This document shows, piece after piece, positions 27,083-41,400 of a DNA stretch of 64,000 nucleotides; positions within the stretch are counted from its first letter, which is position 1, and each line of letters starts with the position of its first letter. The DNA is from the human T2T-CHM13v2.0 reference genome, Homo sapiens. The DNA lies in NCBI RefSeq assembly GCF_009914755.1, contig NC_060937.1. The stretch is one strand, 5' to 3'. Under the pieces are notes generated by a model. It was given only the letters and a program-made list of their open reading frames with translations. It had not been told where the DNA came from and did not search any database. Both the position numbers and the translations under genes were made by a program.

Positions 27083-29084
27083 AATTGTAACTCCAGCTAA
27101 AAGTTACTTGTTGGACTCCACCTAATCTTGGGCACTTGCTACTACATTATCATCATAACATTTCTTAAATTTTCATCTAGTTTTAACATAAAATGTAGGA
27201 GAGTTTCCCAGAGTGGCAAGCTGAATGTAAGAATTATTAAAATTCCATTGGGTCAGTTTCTCCTTTTCCTGTGGGCCACTTCTTTTTTCCAGAAGTTCCA
27301 GAGGCCACATCACCTGGCTTGTGGTTCCTGCCTACTCTTGACAGATACAATTCAGCAGGACTTTGGCCTCTTCTTGGGGCTTAACACCATAAACTTGTTT
27401 TTAGGTTACAGAGTTGCTGTTCTAGTCTGATCAACTAACTCCAGCCACACCATTATTGTTCTTGAAACTAATCAGTCATGTTTTCAGCAATTGGTGTCAT
27501 TTTCAGTCTGATAATGGTATGCCTTTCATTGCAAAAGTCACTCAACAATGGGCTGATAGTCAAGGTTTTTGAGGAAACTATCACTCTCCTTGTTAGCCAA
27601 GATCAGCTAAAAAAGATATCTGATTTGAACTCCTTGATCTCTTTCTGGTTCACATATCTAAGGAAGGAAACTATGTCATTTATTTAATTCAGCTGTTTGC
27701 ATAAAGTAATTTCCTCTAGGCCCACCCCTAGGTAATGATCAAATAAAAGTGGTGGTAAGTAATCTAAATGAATTTTCAAAATTTGGCATCTCATCACGGT
27801 CAAACCAGTGGATGAGGCATCATTCTTTTCCTTAACAGCAACTCTAAAATGGCCTGATTACTACATCTCCCTGGTGTCTAAATGGCCAAAAAGGAGCACA
27901 GGGCATTAATTCTGGTTTTGCTCTTTCATCCTGTAGTTGGATTGACATGGTCTTTGGTCATGAAGATAACCTCTTGTTTTAGCACGCTGTTCACCAAGTT
28001 CCTTTGTCATGGTCATAATGCATCTATGTAACTCTCATAAAAATATCCTTCCCGAAGATTGCAACTTACCCCTCCAGACCAAAGGTCTAGAGGCAAGTTG
28101 GGGGTGATTGGAAAAAAGTAAATCTCTAGCTATCTGAGTAAGTTAAGCCAATTTTGTGATTGTGGACTGAGAACAACCACCTTGTCAGGGAAGTAGGCAA
28201 TACTTCAGACCTTGAAATGTACAAGGCAGAGAAGGGCATCCATGATATTTTCCTTTCAGTATTACCTTTTCCTCATTAAAGAAAACACTCTGGTTTAATG
28301 CTTAATGCTTCCAATATGGTTCATGCACCTAAAATTTAATTGGCCACTAAGTTTTTCTTCTTCTGCCATATAGTTTTGATTATGTTTTTATCACCATTTC
28401 TCTAAACTTTCCTAAGAAGTCGTTCCCAAATCAAAAGTGATGGGTTTAGTTCCTGGATCTCTACCCAGCATACCTGCCAAACCCTCTGGATGTGGTTCCA
28501 TGGGCTATCATTAACACTCTTAGGTCTATATATCGTATATGGAAACTAGGCATTAAACTTCCTCTCTCCTGAAAACATGGAAACTTGCTTCTTCTTTTTA
28601 GAGTGGTCATAAAAGACCTATGTGTTTAAAGAAACATGTCAGTAGACCTTCTGATGACTGGAGATCTCTCCAAAATGTTGCTACTCTTAGTTATACTATG
28701 ATGCTTCCTGTAGGGATAACTGGCTCATTTTTATGTGTACACTGCAGGCAGTTACTCTTACCATGGGAATCATTCCTGTTAAAAAAATGTGGTAAGAAAT
28801 CTGTCCCTTTCTTTGGCTCAAGTGATAAATCATCTCACCTTGGCCATGGAAACCACCGAGGTCAATCTCAATTATATGTTTCTTGTTGTTATGAGTGATA
28901 AAATTTCCCTTTGTAGTCAAAATAAAAGTCTATGCATTGTGAATATATCCTTCTGTGCCTTGATTAATACCTGGGCCAAAGGAAAGATCAATACAAGAAC
29001 TTAAAAATAAAGCCAAATGGATTTCTAATATAGACCCAGATGTTATATGATTTGTTTAGTTAGTTTGTTTCAGAGACTCTGGGG

Positions 29085-29270
29085 GTAAGCTCACCAGATA
29101 AAACACAGGACGTTTACATATATTCAAATATCATATAAACAATAAAGAATGTTTTATTACAGGCATGCTGCATGCAATATTAGGAACATACTTATATTTT
29201 AAAAAGCGTTTATCTGAAATTCGAGTTAGCTGGATATTCTGTATTTTTATGTGTTAAATCTAGCAACTCT
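29085..29270. mobile_element. MER53 palindromic hAT MITE
   Basis: ccagataaaacacaggacg...tttatctgaaattc...tgtatttttat...aaatctagcaac. Confidence 0.8.
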
Positions 29271-31212
29271 TTGTTGTGAGAGGTATTGTTGAAATCATTA
29301 TTACAGGATGGCCTTATTCTTTTTCTTGAAGTCCTGTTGATGTTTGCCTTAATTAAATGCTGCATGAGTAAAATCGAATGGGTTTGATCACAAACTCTAT
29401 TGGACAGATTAATCAAGGTAGCATACTCATGGATAATTTACCTCAATCAAGACATTGTAAGAGGAAGGGATAGATGTTTTTGAAAGACAATTTTCTATTG
29501 TCACTTGCATGAAAGCACATTTTTATATACCTGTTTCAAAAAGTGCATTTTGTATATAACTATCTGTATCTAATTAACATATTTTACCCTTTATACATAA
29601 TTTACAAAGGAGCCAGGAACAATTTCTTTTGTATCCAGCTTATAACGAGTGCTTGTAATACTGTGTCTTCCTAATAAATATTTTCAAATTAAGTTATAAC
29701 TACATGAATTTAAAAATAAATGAATGAATTACCATAAAAGAATATAATTACTATCACATACATAGAACTTCTGTGTTTTTTCATCAGGACAATGTATTTA
29801 TAACTTCTGCATATAAACAAGTTTGTCTATTATCATCTAAATATTTAAAATATGACACTGATGTATTATTAAGCATGATGGACTAGAGATGAAATTCAAT
29901 ATAATCTGGATTAATGTAGTGCCACATCCAAGTGGGGTTAGTTAGAAAACTCAAGAAGTAACTTCTAATCAATTGTTGTAGTGGACTTTTATTGAAGTAA
30001 CATAAGGAGAGTCGATACTACCAAGTATCTGTCCCAGTGTTCTCTGAGAATTCCTGATCAAAACAGGGTTAGATTTCTGCCAACTATGCTTTCACTATAT
30101 AATTCCTCTATAGGAGTTGTTAAATTATATTGTATTTCTCTCTGTCTTTGTTGTTTTTTAGCATGTGGTTGTGAAGTTAAATGTAGAGTGAGTGCCTTAT
30201 TATTAAATGATTCTTTCTGAAAAACTCTACCTTGTATGACTGTACTTCATTCCAGACGAGGTTATTAATATTGTAGATGCCATTAAAATGGTTTGAATTC
30301 ATAAATTAATAGTAAATCAATTTCCTGTTGCCATCTATATTGATTTCAAAAATTATTCCCAAAACCTTTAGTCAAAATTTCAAGTAAAATAATTCTGATG
30401 TGTTTATATGGTGCCTTTATTGACTCTTAACAATACAGTATGTGCATCACTGCAAATCACAGCACATTCTCATAATGAATAAAAATTAATTTGTTTGTCA
30501 TCCCCAATTAGAATTAGAACCAAATTTTATTTAATGAGTGTAATTTACCCAAGCAATTGAGGTTAGTCATTCAGCTCAAGTTTTAAAACTCACACAGACC
30601 ACTTTCTGCTCTGCCTACTTCATAATACTTTTGAGTTCTATCCAAACAGGTCCCATGACTCTATTTCCCACACTTGCCTTAGTCACTCTAACTTCATGAC
30701 TTGATTTGTACATATTACTTGGAAATTCCATGTCACTCATGATCCGGCTATCTACAAGAGAGATTCCTCAATTGTAGGCTAGTGATACTTCAAACTCTCT
30801 TTAATCTGACAATAAATTATTAAAACAAGTAGAGCTGGTGTTGTTCTGTGTGAACATAAGTAGAAACACAATGTATGAGGAATGTGTTTTCTGTTTTTAT
30901 TCTTTAACTAATTAATTTCTTTTGGTGTGCTTCATCGATTGAAAGGGACTGTATATAGTAGCTTTTGGAAAACCAAAGAGAACTTTAGTTCCTTTCACTG
31001 TATTTCATAATAGTGAGGTTTTCCTCTAGTAACTGTCTTTCATTTTACAGAGATTCCAAGAATAAGGTTTATGTCTGAAAAAGCAGGTTGAAAATGTCAA
31101 ATTTGCAGAAGAGTAGGAAAGGTACAATGTGGTGACCCAGAAGTGCAAATGAAGCTATAAAACTTGCATAAAATATTTAAAATTTAGAAAATAAGTAAAT
31201 TAGAAAATTAGA

Positions 31213-31539
<327 letters not shown>

Positions 31540-32974
31540 TTAAGAGAAATTAGTGTCCTTGGATTTCTACCGTATTATTTGCCTCTTAATATATCCTGTG
31601 GCTTCAATAATGTGTGAATATATAATATCTAATAATATAAATTATAAAGTATTAGGAGGATTTTTGTGAGGATCTACAAAAGTGACATTATTTTAGCATG
31701 TTTATTTTCAAACATTCAGCTCATAATGGGGAATTCCTTCAACATTGCAGGAAAATGACTGACAGAAGCCTTGTTTCATACTCTCTTTGATGCAGTTGGC
31801 ATGAGACTTGGAGTTTAAAAAAGGCCTTTGTAAGTAAAAGGTTGAATTGTATGAAAGGCAGTTTATACGGTCTATAAGTATCCGTAAGGGAGTTTGTTTC
31901 TGCTCTTTATAATCTGCCCTTTTGACAAACTAAAATGATTTTAAAAGAAAATGATTACTAACATAGTACATTTCACTATGGAAGAACAGTGAGCTATACA
32001 TTGAGATAAAGGTCAACTATGGCTATTGGTTAAATCTGCAGGAGCCAGCAAATGAAAGAGCTGTCACTGCTGAAGGAAAGAAATGTGAAATGAATGTCTC
32101 ACCAAATCCTTCACAGACCTCTAACGGGAGAGCTCACAACTATCAGGTTGAATGGAAAGTACTAATAATACTCCATTAGTCGCCATTATATGGAAATAGT
32201 GGAAAAGTTAGGGTAGCATGGTCCTTCAACAACAGGGAGTTCTTTTATAGTCTTTTCTGAAGAGTGTCATAGTGAGTTTTAGAAGTAATTCAGAACTAAA
32301 GCTTAGTGATGTCATTTTATGTAGGCCTGTCTTCTGACATTTTTGTTTAAAGAGAATCTTATCTTACAAATTGGGTAAATATATCCCAACTCATTCCAGC
32401 ATTTTGAACTAGGTAGAGCTTCCATTTTTTTCAATATTTATTTGACTTTACCTCTCTCCAGTTCTTTATGAAGATAAGTTTTTTATTTGTAGTCCTAGAG
32501 TTGGTTATGGCTCTCACATTAAATCAGTGATTAAAATATCAGTGTCTTGGAAAATTTAGAAATTAGACACATTCTTACAGTATTGTTGGAAGTACACATT
32601 GATAATTCTTTCTTGGAAATGCTTTTATAAGATATATATGAAGATCCATAAGAAATTGGCCCATTGATTCTATGTCTAGTTAAGAACTGAAAAAAGGAAA
32701 CAGACAAAAAGTTAGCCATTTATAGCACAGTGTCTGAGAAGACAACTTTGAACAAAGCCAACAATAAATGATTAAATAAAATTTGAATACCCCTAAGACA
32801 ACCATCTCAGGATCACTTTTTCAGAAAGGTTTACCCTTACTACCCTGTCTAAAATTTCTCTCCGCCCTTTTTCTACATCATCTGTTCTTGATATCTCTGT
32901 TTGCCCTGTGTCTTGTTCCTAAGAAACAGACCTGTCCTTCTCCTGCTGTGCACTATTTCCCAAGATGAATAGTT

Positions 32975-33372
32975 TTGTCCCATAGTAAACCCAGCTGACT
33001 TCTGCCTGAATTTGGTCAATGGGAGACCAACAAGGGAAACTGAAGGATATAAGAAGGGAGGAGCCCATGGATTTCTCCCTCTCTCTTTGCCTTTGGTTGC
33101 ATGTCAAGCTGTAGCTGGGTAAATTCCTGACAAAGGCCTGTCACGATTCCAGCTTCTGCAAGTTATCCTGGCTTCTGGGTTTCTGCAATACTGTATCTTC
33201 AATTTGTTCCTCCAAGAGTGGAAGAAGCATTCCACTACTAGGGTCGGTGTTGCTTTATAGACATTGGTTCAGCTTCTTGACCTACTACATCAATAACCAA
33301 TCATCTGCATTAAAGTCCCTCTCTTTTGAGTACACAGAGAAATTTATTTCCTGGTTGGATACTTACTGATAA
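32975..33372 (+). mobile_element. LTR33-family ERVL LTR
   Basis: tttggtcaatgggaga...ttccagcttc...taaccaat..tgcattaaagtccctct...actgata. Confidence 0.7.
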
Positions 33373-35533
33373 ATTAAATTTTTCTATCTAAAATTATCTT
33401 AGTAATATATTTTTATAATTTGTTGTATGGGGAGCACTACCATTATTCAATGGGAGTAGTACCATTAGACCCTGTGGTTGCTCTAAGTTTCACTTCCAAT
33501 GTTCAAAGAGCTTTTTGGAAGTTTCTACTATGTCCTAATTTCAAGATCTTCACTAATGTTAACTAAGTCTAGTTGTAATAGCAATATAATAACAGTAAGA
33601 TAACTTTAAGTACTTTGAAGAAACTACATTAGCCACTGTATGAGAAAATATTGTTTCAATAAGACAGCTTCTTTTCTTTAATAAGAAAATCTTTGTGCAT
33701 TTTGTTTAAATTATATCTATTTTATTTCTTACTACTCAGATAAATCTCAAGTTATGTCTTTATCCAAGGCACATTAATTGAATGGCAAGAATTGTATTTT
33801 CATTTTTTCAACATGCAACTGGGCCATGTATATAACTCATTATGAATGAAGCTAAGCAAATGGCATGACAAACAATCTACCTGTACTTATGAAATTTTAA
33901 TTATTTCTTTACCTTTTATTTTGAATTTTTCTTAGACCTCTGAATTTTTTTCTGATAACATTCTCATTTATAATCTTTTATTTTACATTTTATTTTTTAA
34001 ACAGTTTTATTTTTCACAATGTGCTTGGTTTATCTTTGGTAAGCGTTCCAAAATTAGATCTGCAAATGAACTGTAATTATTTTTGCATTTATTTAGCATG
34101 CTTGTTATGATGGCAGAACTAAATGAAAATCACCTTTTCACAATTGGATCTTCCAGTTTTTTGTTTGTCTGCCAGTACATCAAATTATTTGTTTTATATT
34201 TTAGAATATGTGTACTTACTTTTATCCTCTAATTCAAATTTATATCTAATGCAAAACTAGGGATAATCAGCAGAGAGATAATGTGGTTGACATTTATAAT
34301 TTTGTTTAATTTAAAGTAGGAGACTGACCTAAATATTTGTCTAAAATAATCTCTCTCAAAAATTTTTATAATTATAGAATTATATTTTAAAAAATCAACT
34401 TAGTAACATTGAAATAATTATCTCCAAATAACTTGACATTATTCAAAAATCTCATTTTCTATGTTGTATCTTTCTAGTCAACTAAATTATGAAGATGCAA
34501 TTCAGGGGTTTTAATGCTGTAAAGAAGAACCAACAAAATAGTTTTCAAGTACTTCTATATTTTGAGCCACAGACCACACTTAGGCAATTAACTGATTATA
34601 TATTTTAAATTTTTCCTAACTAAAATCATAAATAACAGCCATAATAAAGTTAAATTACTAATGCTATTTAGATACGCACTGAAATGTTTAGATATGTATA
34701 ACAGGGAGTAACTAATGAATGCAATTTACTAATAATTATTTTAAATCCATTCAAAGATAAACCAAAGTGACTTGTAATACCCACCATTAGACTTAATTTA
34801 TAATATTTCATGTTTACTTAGAAATCTTTGTTAAAGTTGGTATCTCCCATATCGTGAAGGCATTCTACTGTCACACATTAAAAGCATGATGCTAAATCTG
34901 TATTTTGCTTTATATACACACCATTTTGTTTTGCTTGAAAAGAATTGTAGGTCATTATGATAAGTAGTCAATTTAGGTTTGAAGCATCCAGAAACAATGG
35001 TTTCACAAATCAAGCTTAAGCAGTCTTGGCTCAGACTGCTACTCTCTGCAACCCATTCCAATTGATGAACACCACCTGTGGCAACTCCTAATTCACAGCA
35101 GCAGGCAATAATTTCCCTTGGATACCCATTACCAGTAATTATTCCCAAGACAGACTATTAGCTATGGCTTGTGAACATCTCTGCTGTAAACTTGAAAAAA
35201 ATTGATTCTAATATTTCCTTTGAGAGTCATTGGTACCTTGGTGACAACATAAATTAAAAAAATTCTCTTTAAGAAAAAAAAAAAGGCATAAGCATAGTTT
35301 TGGAAAAGTTACAAAATTATTTTAAATAATATTTTCACATATTTTGCAGGGTTCTTATGTGATTATGTTAAATACAGAAACAGTCGTAAATCCTGTTGAC
35401 AAGGTAATGTGAAGCAGTTGATATTTAGACTGTTGATTTTTTTCCCTTCATATGAAGTCATTTTCAAAAATTTAACTTTTAGCATAAACATCACTGCTTA
35501 AGAAGAAAAAAAAGAGAAACGGGAAGCACTGAG

Positions 35534-36512
35534 TGTAGGAAAAACTCAAACTTTTTCTCTGTTCTCACATCACAACAATCAACATAGAAGACTTCTGTGA
35601 CCAAATGCATGAGGATTTCTCCCCACCCACAAGCAAGCAATGAATTATGCAGTGAACACCAACTAGATGTCCTCCAATCTAATTCAGTGCTGAAGCTGTG
35701 AACCTGGTGATGGCATCAGACCCCACAGGTTGAGGACTCAGTCCCACAAGGACCCCACTTTAGACATCAGTCACAAGTCCTAACTTAACCTCTGGGACTT
35801 CTGACAGACCTGTTTCAAGTTGGAGTTCTCACGACCCTTTCTCTAGGCTCAGTTAATTTGCTAGAATGGCTTACAAAAATCAGAAAAACACTCACTTACA
35901 TTTACTGATTCATTAAAAAGGGTATTTTAATAAATAAAAATAAACAGCCAGATGAAGAGATACATAAGGGGAGTTCTAGGTGTTTCCCAAGCACAGAAGC
36001 TTTTGTTCCCATGGAGTTGAGGTGTACCACTTTCCCAGAACATGGATGAATTCTTGTTCACCTTCCCATAAGCCTTCACGAGTTCAGCTGTCCTGAAGCT
36101 CTCCATGCCCCATTCTTTCAGGAATTTTACAGAGATTCCTTACATAGGCATCATCTATCTAATCGTGAACAACTGTGTGGAAATGTGATTGGACAACAAG
36201 AGTACTGTATAATACTAACAGACTGAGGGTGGAAGTCAGCAAGGCCTGTTTATTCAGATTCTTTTTGGCCTCTATGTGCAGCATTTCTTCCCTCAGGTTA
36301 GGACCCCTTCTGAAAATGGGGGTCTTAGGACCCACACTTATGCAAAATAGGTCAAAGGATTTATTTATGGCCAGCCTTAAGACAGAAAGGGGAGGGAGGG
36401 TCATGCCTTTGGGAGAAGAAGGAGCCGATGAAAGAAGAGTAGTAGAAGGTCAGAGAGAGATTCTACTTTCTAAGGCCTGCTTCTTAGGCTTCAGGTGCCC
36501 CAACACTATTTA
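35534..36512 (-). mobile_element. MER21-family LTR (MER21A-like)
   Basis: acttctgtgaccaaatg...catcagaccccacaggttgaggactcagtcccacaag...ttaatttgctagaatggct...cagccagatgaagagatacata. Confidence 0.8.
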
Positions 36513-38169
36513 ACCTGTGGTGTGTGTGCATGTGTGTGTATACACGTGTATATGTGTATGTGTATATATCCTATATATAATATCACAAGCATTAAAACAT
36601 TTTACATGCAAACTACACTTGGAAACTTGCTTCTACTAAATTTCACAGGAATTTAAAGTGGTTGATTTCAATATTATTTCATAAAAGTATAAATTCATTT
36701 GTAAAAATGCAACCTATACTTGCATGCAAGTTTACTATTTCTAAACTTTGTGATATTAAAAATGTTATGGACTTTTCATCTCTTATTTTTATAGAGCACA
36801 TATATTTGAGTTTTTTCATGCCCTTGTTCATTTTTGCCATTTAGAGGAGTTGTAAAAAATCGACATGTATGTCGATAAAACTTCCAGAGATGTATATTCA
36901 TAACCTCTGTTAGCCTGCTGCAAAATGCTGGTGTTTGACAGTTCACAATTATCCATTTTTTAGTTTTCTCTGTGAAGGCGAAACTATAGTGGCTAAACAT
37001 CACAGCCAATATATGTATGTGAATAGGAAGATTAGAAGCAGAGAGAAATGTTACCATGCAAAATATACATAGTGCATTTTTGTTAAGAAAAAAGACAGCA
37101 GTATTGCTGTAATGTAAAATGACTGGTTGTTCCATAATCAGAGAAATGTGTAGGTCAAAGCCTGAGTGGATATAGACGCTTAAACAAGATTTCATAGTTG
37201 AAGATAGGAACTGAAGTGTTTGGAGACTCTTGGAAAGAAAATTTTATTTTTATTGGTCAAAGCTAGCTAAGATTTAGTGAATTTATTTATAAGATTTTCA
37301 GAACAGAACATTAGCATCAAGTATATCCTAGTACAAAATTGGAATTTGATTTTTGTTCTGTTAAAATTTTTAAAATGCTTCTTGGATTGTTGTTCTTCTG
37401 TGAATAAGAGTTTGAAAAGATTTTTCACTATCTTCTGAGTAATCTGAATAAAAGGCAAAGATTCTACGTCTTATCAGTATAATTTCCTATGTTTTATATT
37501 GACTTTAATATGTTCTTGATTAAGAGAGCAAAGACTTATCGCTTCTAAAAAAGTAGGTTTCTTTTTTATTATGTCACTTCTTATAGTATTTACTTGTACT
37601 GTACTTTGTTTCAGTTTAATAGTCAAGTATTTTTTCTTAATAAGCTGGGTCTTATTTAACAAGTTTCAGATCTTTTGACAAATTTTAGTATTTTACCATT
37701 TCAAACTGCATTCTAAGTAATGTCTTTAAAACCAAAAACTGTTTTAAAGATTTTCCAGAGGGCTCCTAGATAATCACACATACACAATTTTTTTTAACCT
37801 TTTAAAAAGAGTTGCTAGAAATAATTAGGTCTCTAGTGTTACTATTGTTAAGTAGGTTGATAAGCATCCTCAATTCAGATATGTTATTCAGTCTTTCCTG
37901 GGTTAAATGCGCATGAGTAAAATGTTACTCATATAAGTATTTCTTAATTTTATGCTATATGAAAAGTTCCTAAAGATATGTCAATGTCCTTATTGTCAAT
38001 TATATGTTTTACGTATCAGAGATCTGATGCTGCTTTATCTTAAACAATAATAGCATAGTGTTACCAATTATGAATCCAGTTATTTAAAAAATGTTAACTT
38101 AATCACAGCTTTATTATTTAATTTTAATAAAGTATATTCTAGGCCAGATATTTTCTCTTTTTTACGTAG

Positions 38170-38365
38170 TAATCATGCATTGTTTATTTCAAAACTGCTT
38201 AAAGAGTAGATTTTAAGTGTTTTCGCCACCAAAAAAGGATAAGTATGTGAGGTGATGGAATTGTTAATTAGCCTGATTTAGTCATTCCACATTGTAAACG
38301 TATATCAAAACATCACATTGCACCTCAAAACTATATACAAATATTGTCAATTAAAATAAAATTCG
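38170..38365 (+). mobile_element. L1MA 3'UTR terminal fragment (within the putative transduced segment)
   Basis: aagagtagattttaagtgtt...gataagtatgtgaggtgatgg...ttaattagcctgatttagtcattccaca...tgtcaattaaaataaa. Confidence 0.85.
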
Positions 38366-38413
38366 AAAAAGAAATAAGATATTACCTATACATTTAGTCT
38401 TCTGTGTGCCTCC

Positions 38414-41400
38414 TTTTTTTTTTCTTTATTTCTTCTAAAAAACAATGGGATACATGTGCAGAACATGCAGGTTTGTTACATAGGTATATGTGTGCCATGG
38501 TGGTTTGCTGCACTTATTGACCCATCCTCTAAGTTCCCTCCCCAAACCCCTGACCCTCGAACAGGCCTTGGTGTGTGCTGTTCCCCTCTCTGTGTCCATG
38601 TGTTCTCAATGTTTAACTCCCACTTATGAGTGAGGACATGCGGTGTTTGGTTTTCTCTTCCTGTGTTAGTTTGCCGAGGATGATGGCTTCCAGCTTCATC
38701 CATATTCCTGCAAAGGACATGATTTCATTTATTTTTATGGTTGCATAGTATTCCATGGTGTATATGTATCACATTTTCTTTATCCCATCTATCATTGATG
38801 TGCATTTGGATTGGTTCCATGTCTTTGTTATTGTAACTAGTGCTGCAATAAACATACGTGTGCACATATCTTTATAGTAGAATGATTTATATTCCTTTGG
38901 GTATTTACCCAGTAATGGGATTGTTGGGTCAAATGGTATTTCTTGTTCTAGATCCTTGAGGATTTGCCACACTGTCTTCCAAAATGGTTGAGTTCAATGG
39001 GAATGGGAATGAATTTACATTCCCACCAACCATGTAAAAGTGTTTCTATTTCTCCATGGCCTCACCAGCATCTATTGTTTCCTGACTTTTTAATAATCCC
39101 CATTTTGACTGGTGTGAGATGGTATCATATTGTGGTTTTGATTTGCATTTCTCTGATGATCAGTGATGTTGAGCTTTTTTTCATGTTTTTTGGCCACATA
39201 AATGTCTTCTTTTGAGAAATGTCTGTTCATATCCTTTGCCCACTTTTTGATGGGGTTGTTTTTTTCTTGTAGATATGTTTAAGTTCCTTGTAAATTCTGG
39301 ATATTAGACCTTTGTCAGATGGGTACATTGCGATTTTTTTTTTCCATTCTTTAGGCTACCTGTTCACTATGATGAGAGTTTCTTTTGCTGTGCAGACACT
39401 CTTTAGTTTAATTAGATCCCATTTGTCAATTTTCACTTTTGTTGCAATTGCTTTTGGCATTTTTGTCATGAAATCTTTGCCCATGCCTATGCCCTGAAGG
39501 GTATTGCCCAGGTTTTCTTCTAGGGTTTCTAGAGTTTTGGGTTTTACATTTAAGTCTTTAATCCATCTTGAGTTAATTTTTGTATAAGGTGTAAGTAAGT
39601 GGTCCAGTTTCAGTTTTCTGCATATGGCTAGCCAGTTTTCTCAGCACGATTTACTGAATAGGTGATCCTTTCCCCATTCCTTGTTTTTGTCAGGTTTGTC
39701 GAAGATCAGATGGTTGTAGATGTGTGGTGTTATTTCTGAGGTCTCTGTTCTGCTCCAATTGGTCTCTATGTCTGTTTTGGTACAAGTACCATGCTGTTTT
39801 GGTTACTGTGGCCTTGTAGTATAGTTTGAAGTCAGGTAGCATGATATCTCCAGCTTTGTTCTTTTTTGCTTAGGATTGGCTTCTTTGATTCCATATGAAA
39901 TTTAAAATATTTTTTTCTAATTCTGTGAAAAATGTCAATAGTAGTTTGATGGAAATAGCATTGAATCTATAAATTACACTGGGCAGTAGAGCCATTTTCA
40001 CAATACCGTTTCTTCCTATCCATGAAAATGGAATGTTTTTTCATTTGTTTTGTGTCCTCTCTTATTTCCTTTAACAGTGGTTTGTAGTTCTCCTTGAAGA
40101 GGTCTTTCACATCTCTTGTTATCTGTATTACTAGGTATTTTATTCTCTTTGTAGCGATTGTGAATGGGAATTTATTCATTATTTGGCTCTCTGCCTGCCA
40201 CTTGTTGGTGTAAAGGAATGCTTGTGATTTTTGCACATTTATTTTACATCCTGATAATTTGCTGAAGTTTCTTATTTGTTCAGGAAGTTTTTGGGTGAGA
40301 TGATTGTGTTTTCTAAATATAAAATCATGTCATCTGCAAACAGAGACAACTTGACTTCCTACTTGAATACCCATTATTTATCTTACCTGATTGCCCTGGA
40401 AAGAAATTTTAATACTATGTTGAATAGGAGTGGTGAGAGAGGGCATCCTTGTCTTGTCCTAGTTATCAAAGGGAATGCTTCTAGATTTGCTCATTCAATG
40501 TGATATTGGCTATGGCTTTGTCAAAAATAGCTCAATATTTTGAGGTATGTTCCGTCAATACCTAGTTTATTGAGATTTTTTTTTTTAACATGAAGGGATG
40601 TTGAATTTTATCAAAGGCCTTTTCTGTATCTATTGAGATAATCATGTGTTTTTTGTCTTTGGTTCTGTTTTTGTGATGGATTATGTTTATTGATTTGCAT
40701 ATGTTGAACCAGCCTTGCATCCCAGGGATGAAGCCGATTTGATCATGTTGGATAAGTTTTTTTACGTACTGCTGGATTTCCTTTGCCAGTATTTTATTGA
40801 GAGTTTTTGTATTGATGTTCATCAGGCATATTGGCCTAAAGTTTTCTTTTTTGTTGAGTCACTTCCCAGTTTTCATATCAGGATGATGCTGGCTTCATAA
40901 AATGAGTTAGGGAGTAGTCCCTCCTTTTCAATTGTTTGGAACAGTTTCTGAAGAAATGGTATCAGCTCCTCTTTGTATTTCTGGTAGAATTCGGCTGTGA
41001 CTCTGTCTGGTACTGGGCTTTTTTTGGTTGGTAGGCTAATTACAGCCTCAATTTCAGAGCTTCTTATTGGTCTATTCAGGGATTTGACTTCTTCCTGGTT
41101 TAGTCTTCGTAGGGTGTATGCATTCAGGAATTTATCAATTTCCTCTAGATTTTCTAGTTTATTTGTGTAGAGGTGTTTATAATATTCTCTGATGTACTTT
41201 GTATTGCAGGATCAGTGGTGATATTCCCTTTATCATTTTTCTTTTTCTCTATTTGATTCTTCTCTCCCTGCTTCATTATTAGTCTAGCTAGCAGTCTATC
41301 TCTTTTAATTTTTTCAAAAAAAAAAAAAAAAACAACTCCTGGATTTGTTGAATTTTTGGAGGGTTTTTTGTGTCTCTGTCTCCTTTAATTCTTGTCTGAT

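Larger units (their letters stand above)
24713..29010 (+). mobile_element. Class III ERV internal remnant: gag, RNase H, integrase, env TM; no 3' LTR recognised
   Basis: gag-like WLLSQGIPRTE (~26150); RNase H PQWAK, VFTDFW, QIKVTPLW (26510-26680); IN QSDNGMPFIAKVTQQWADSQG (~27500); TM-like ORF 28789. Confidence 0.7.

Noticed and set aside
28620-29004. Domesticated syncytin-like env gene
   Set aside because: Only frameshifted fragments; immunosuppressive domain and CX6CC are damaged and no membrane anchor follows.
36776-37195. 139-aa minus-strand ORF
   Set aside because: No recognisable domain, promoter or splice context; consistent with chance.
37200-38140. Possible ERV1 internal remnant (ttccagagggctcct)
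   Set aside because: Only one or two short motifs; not enough to call.
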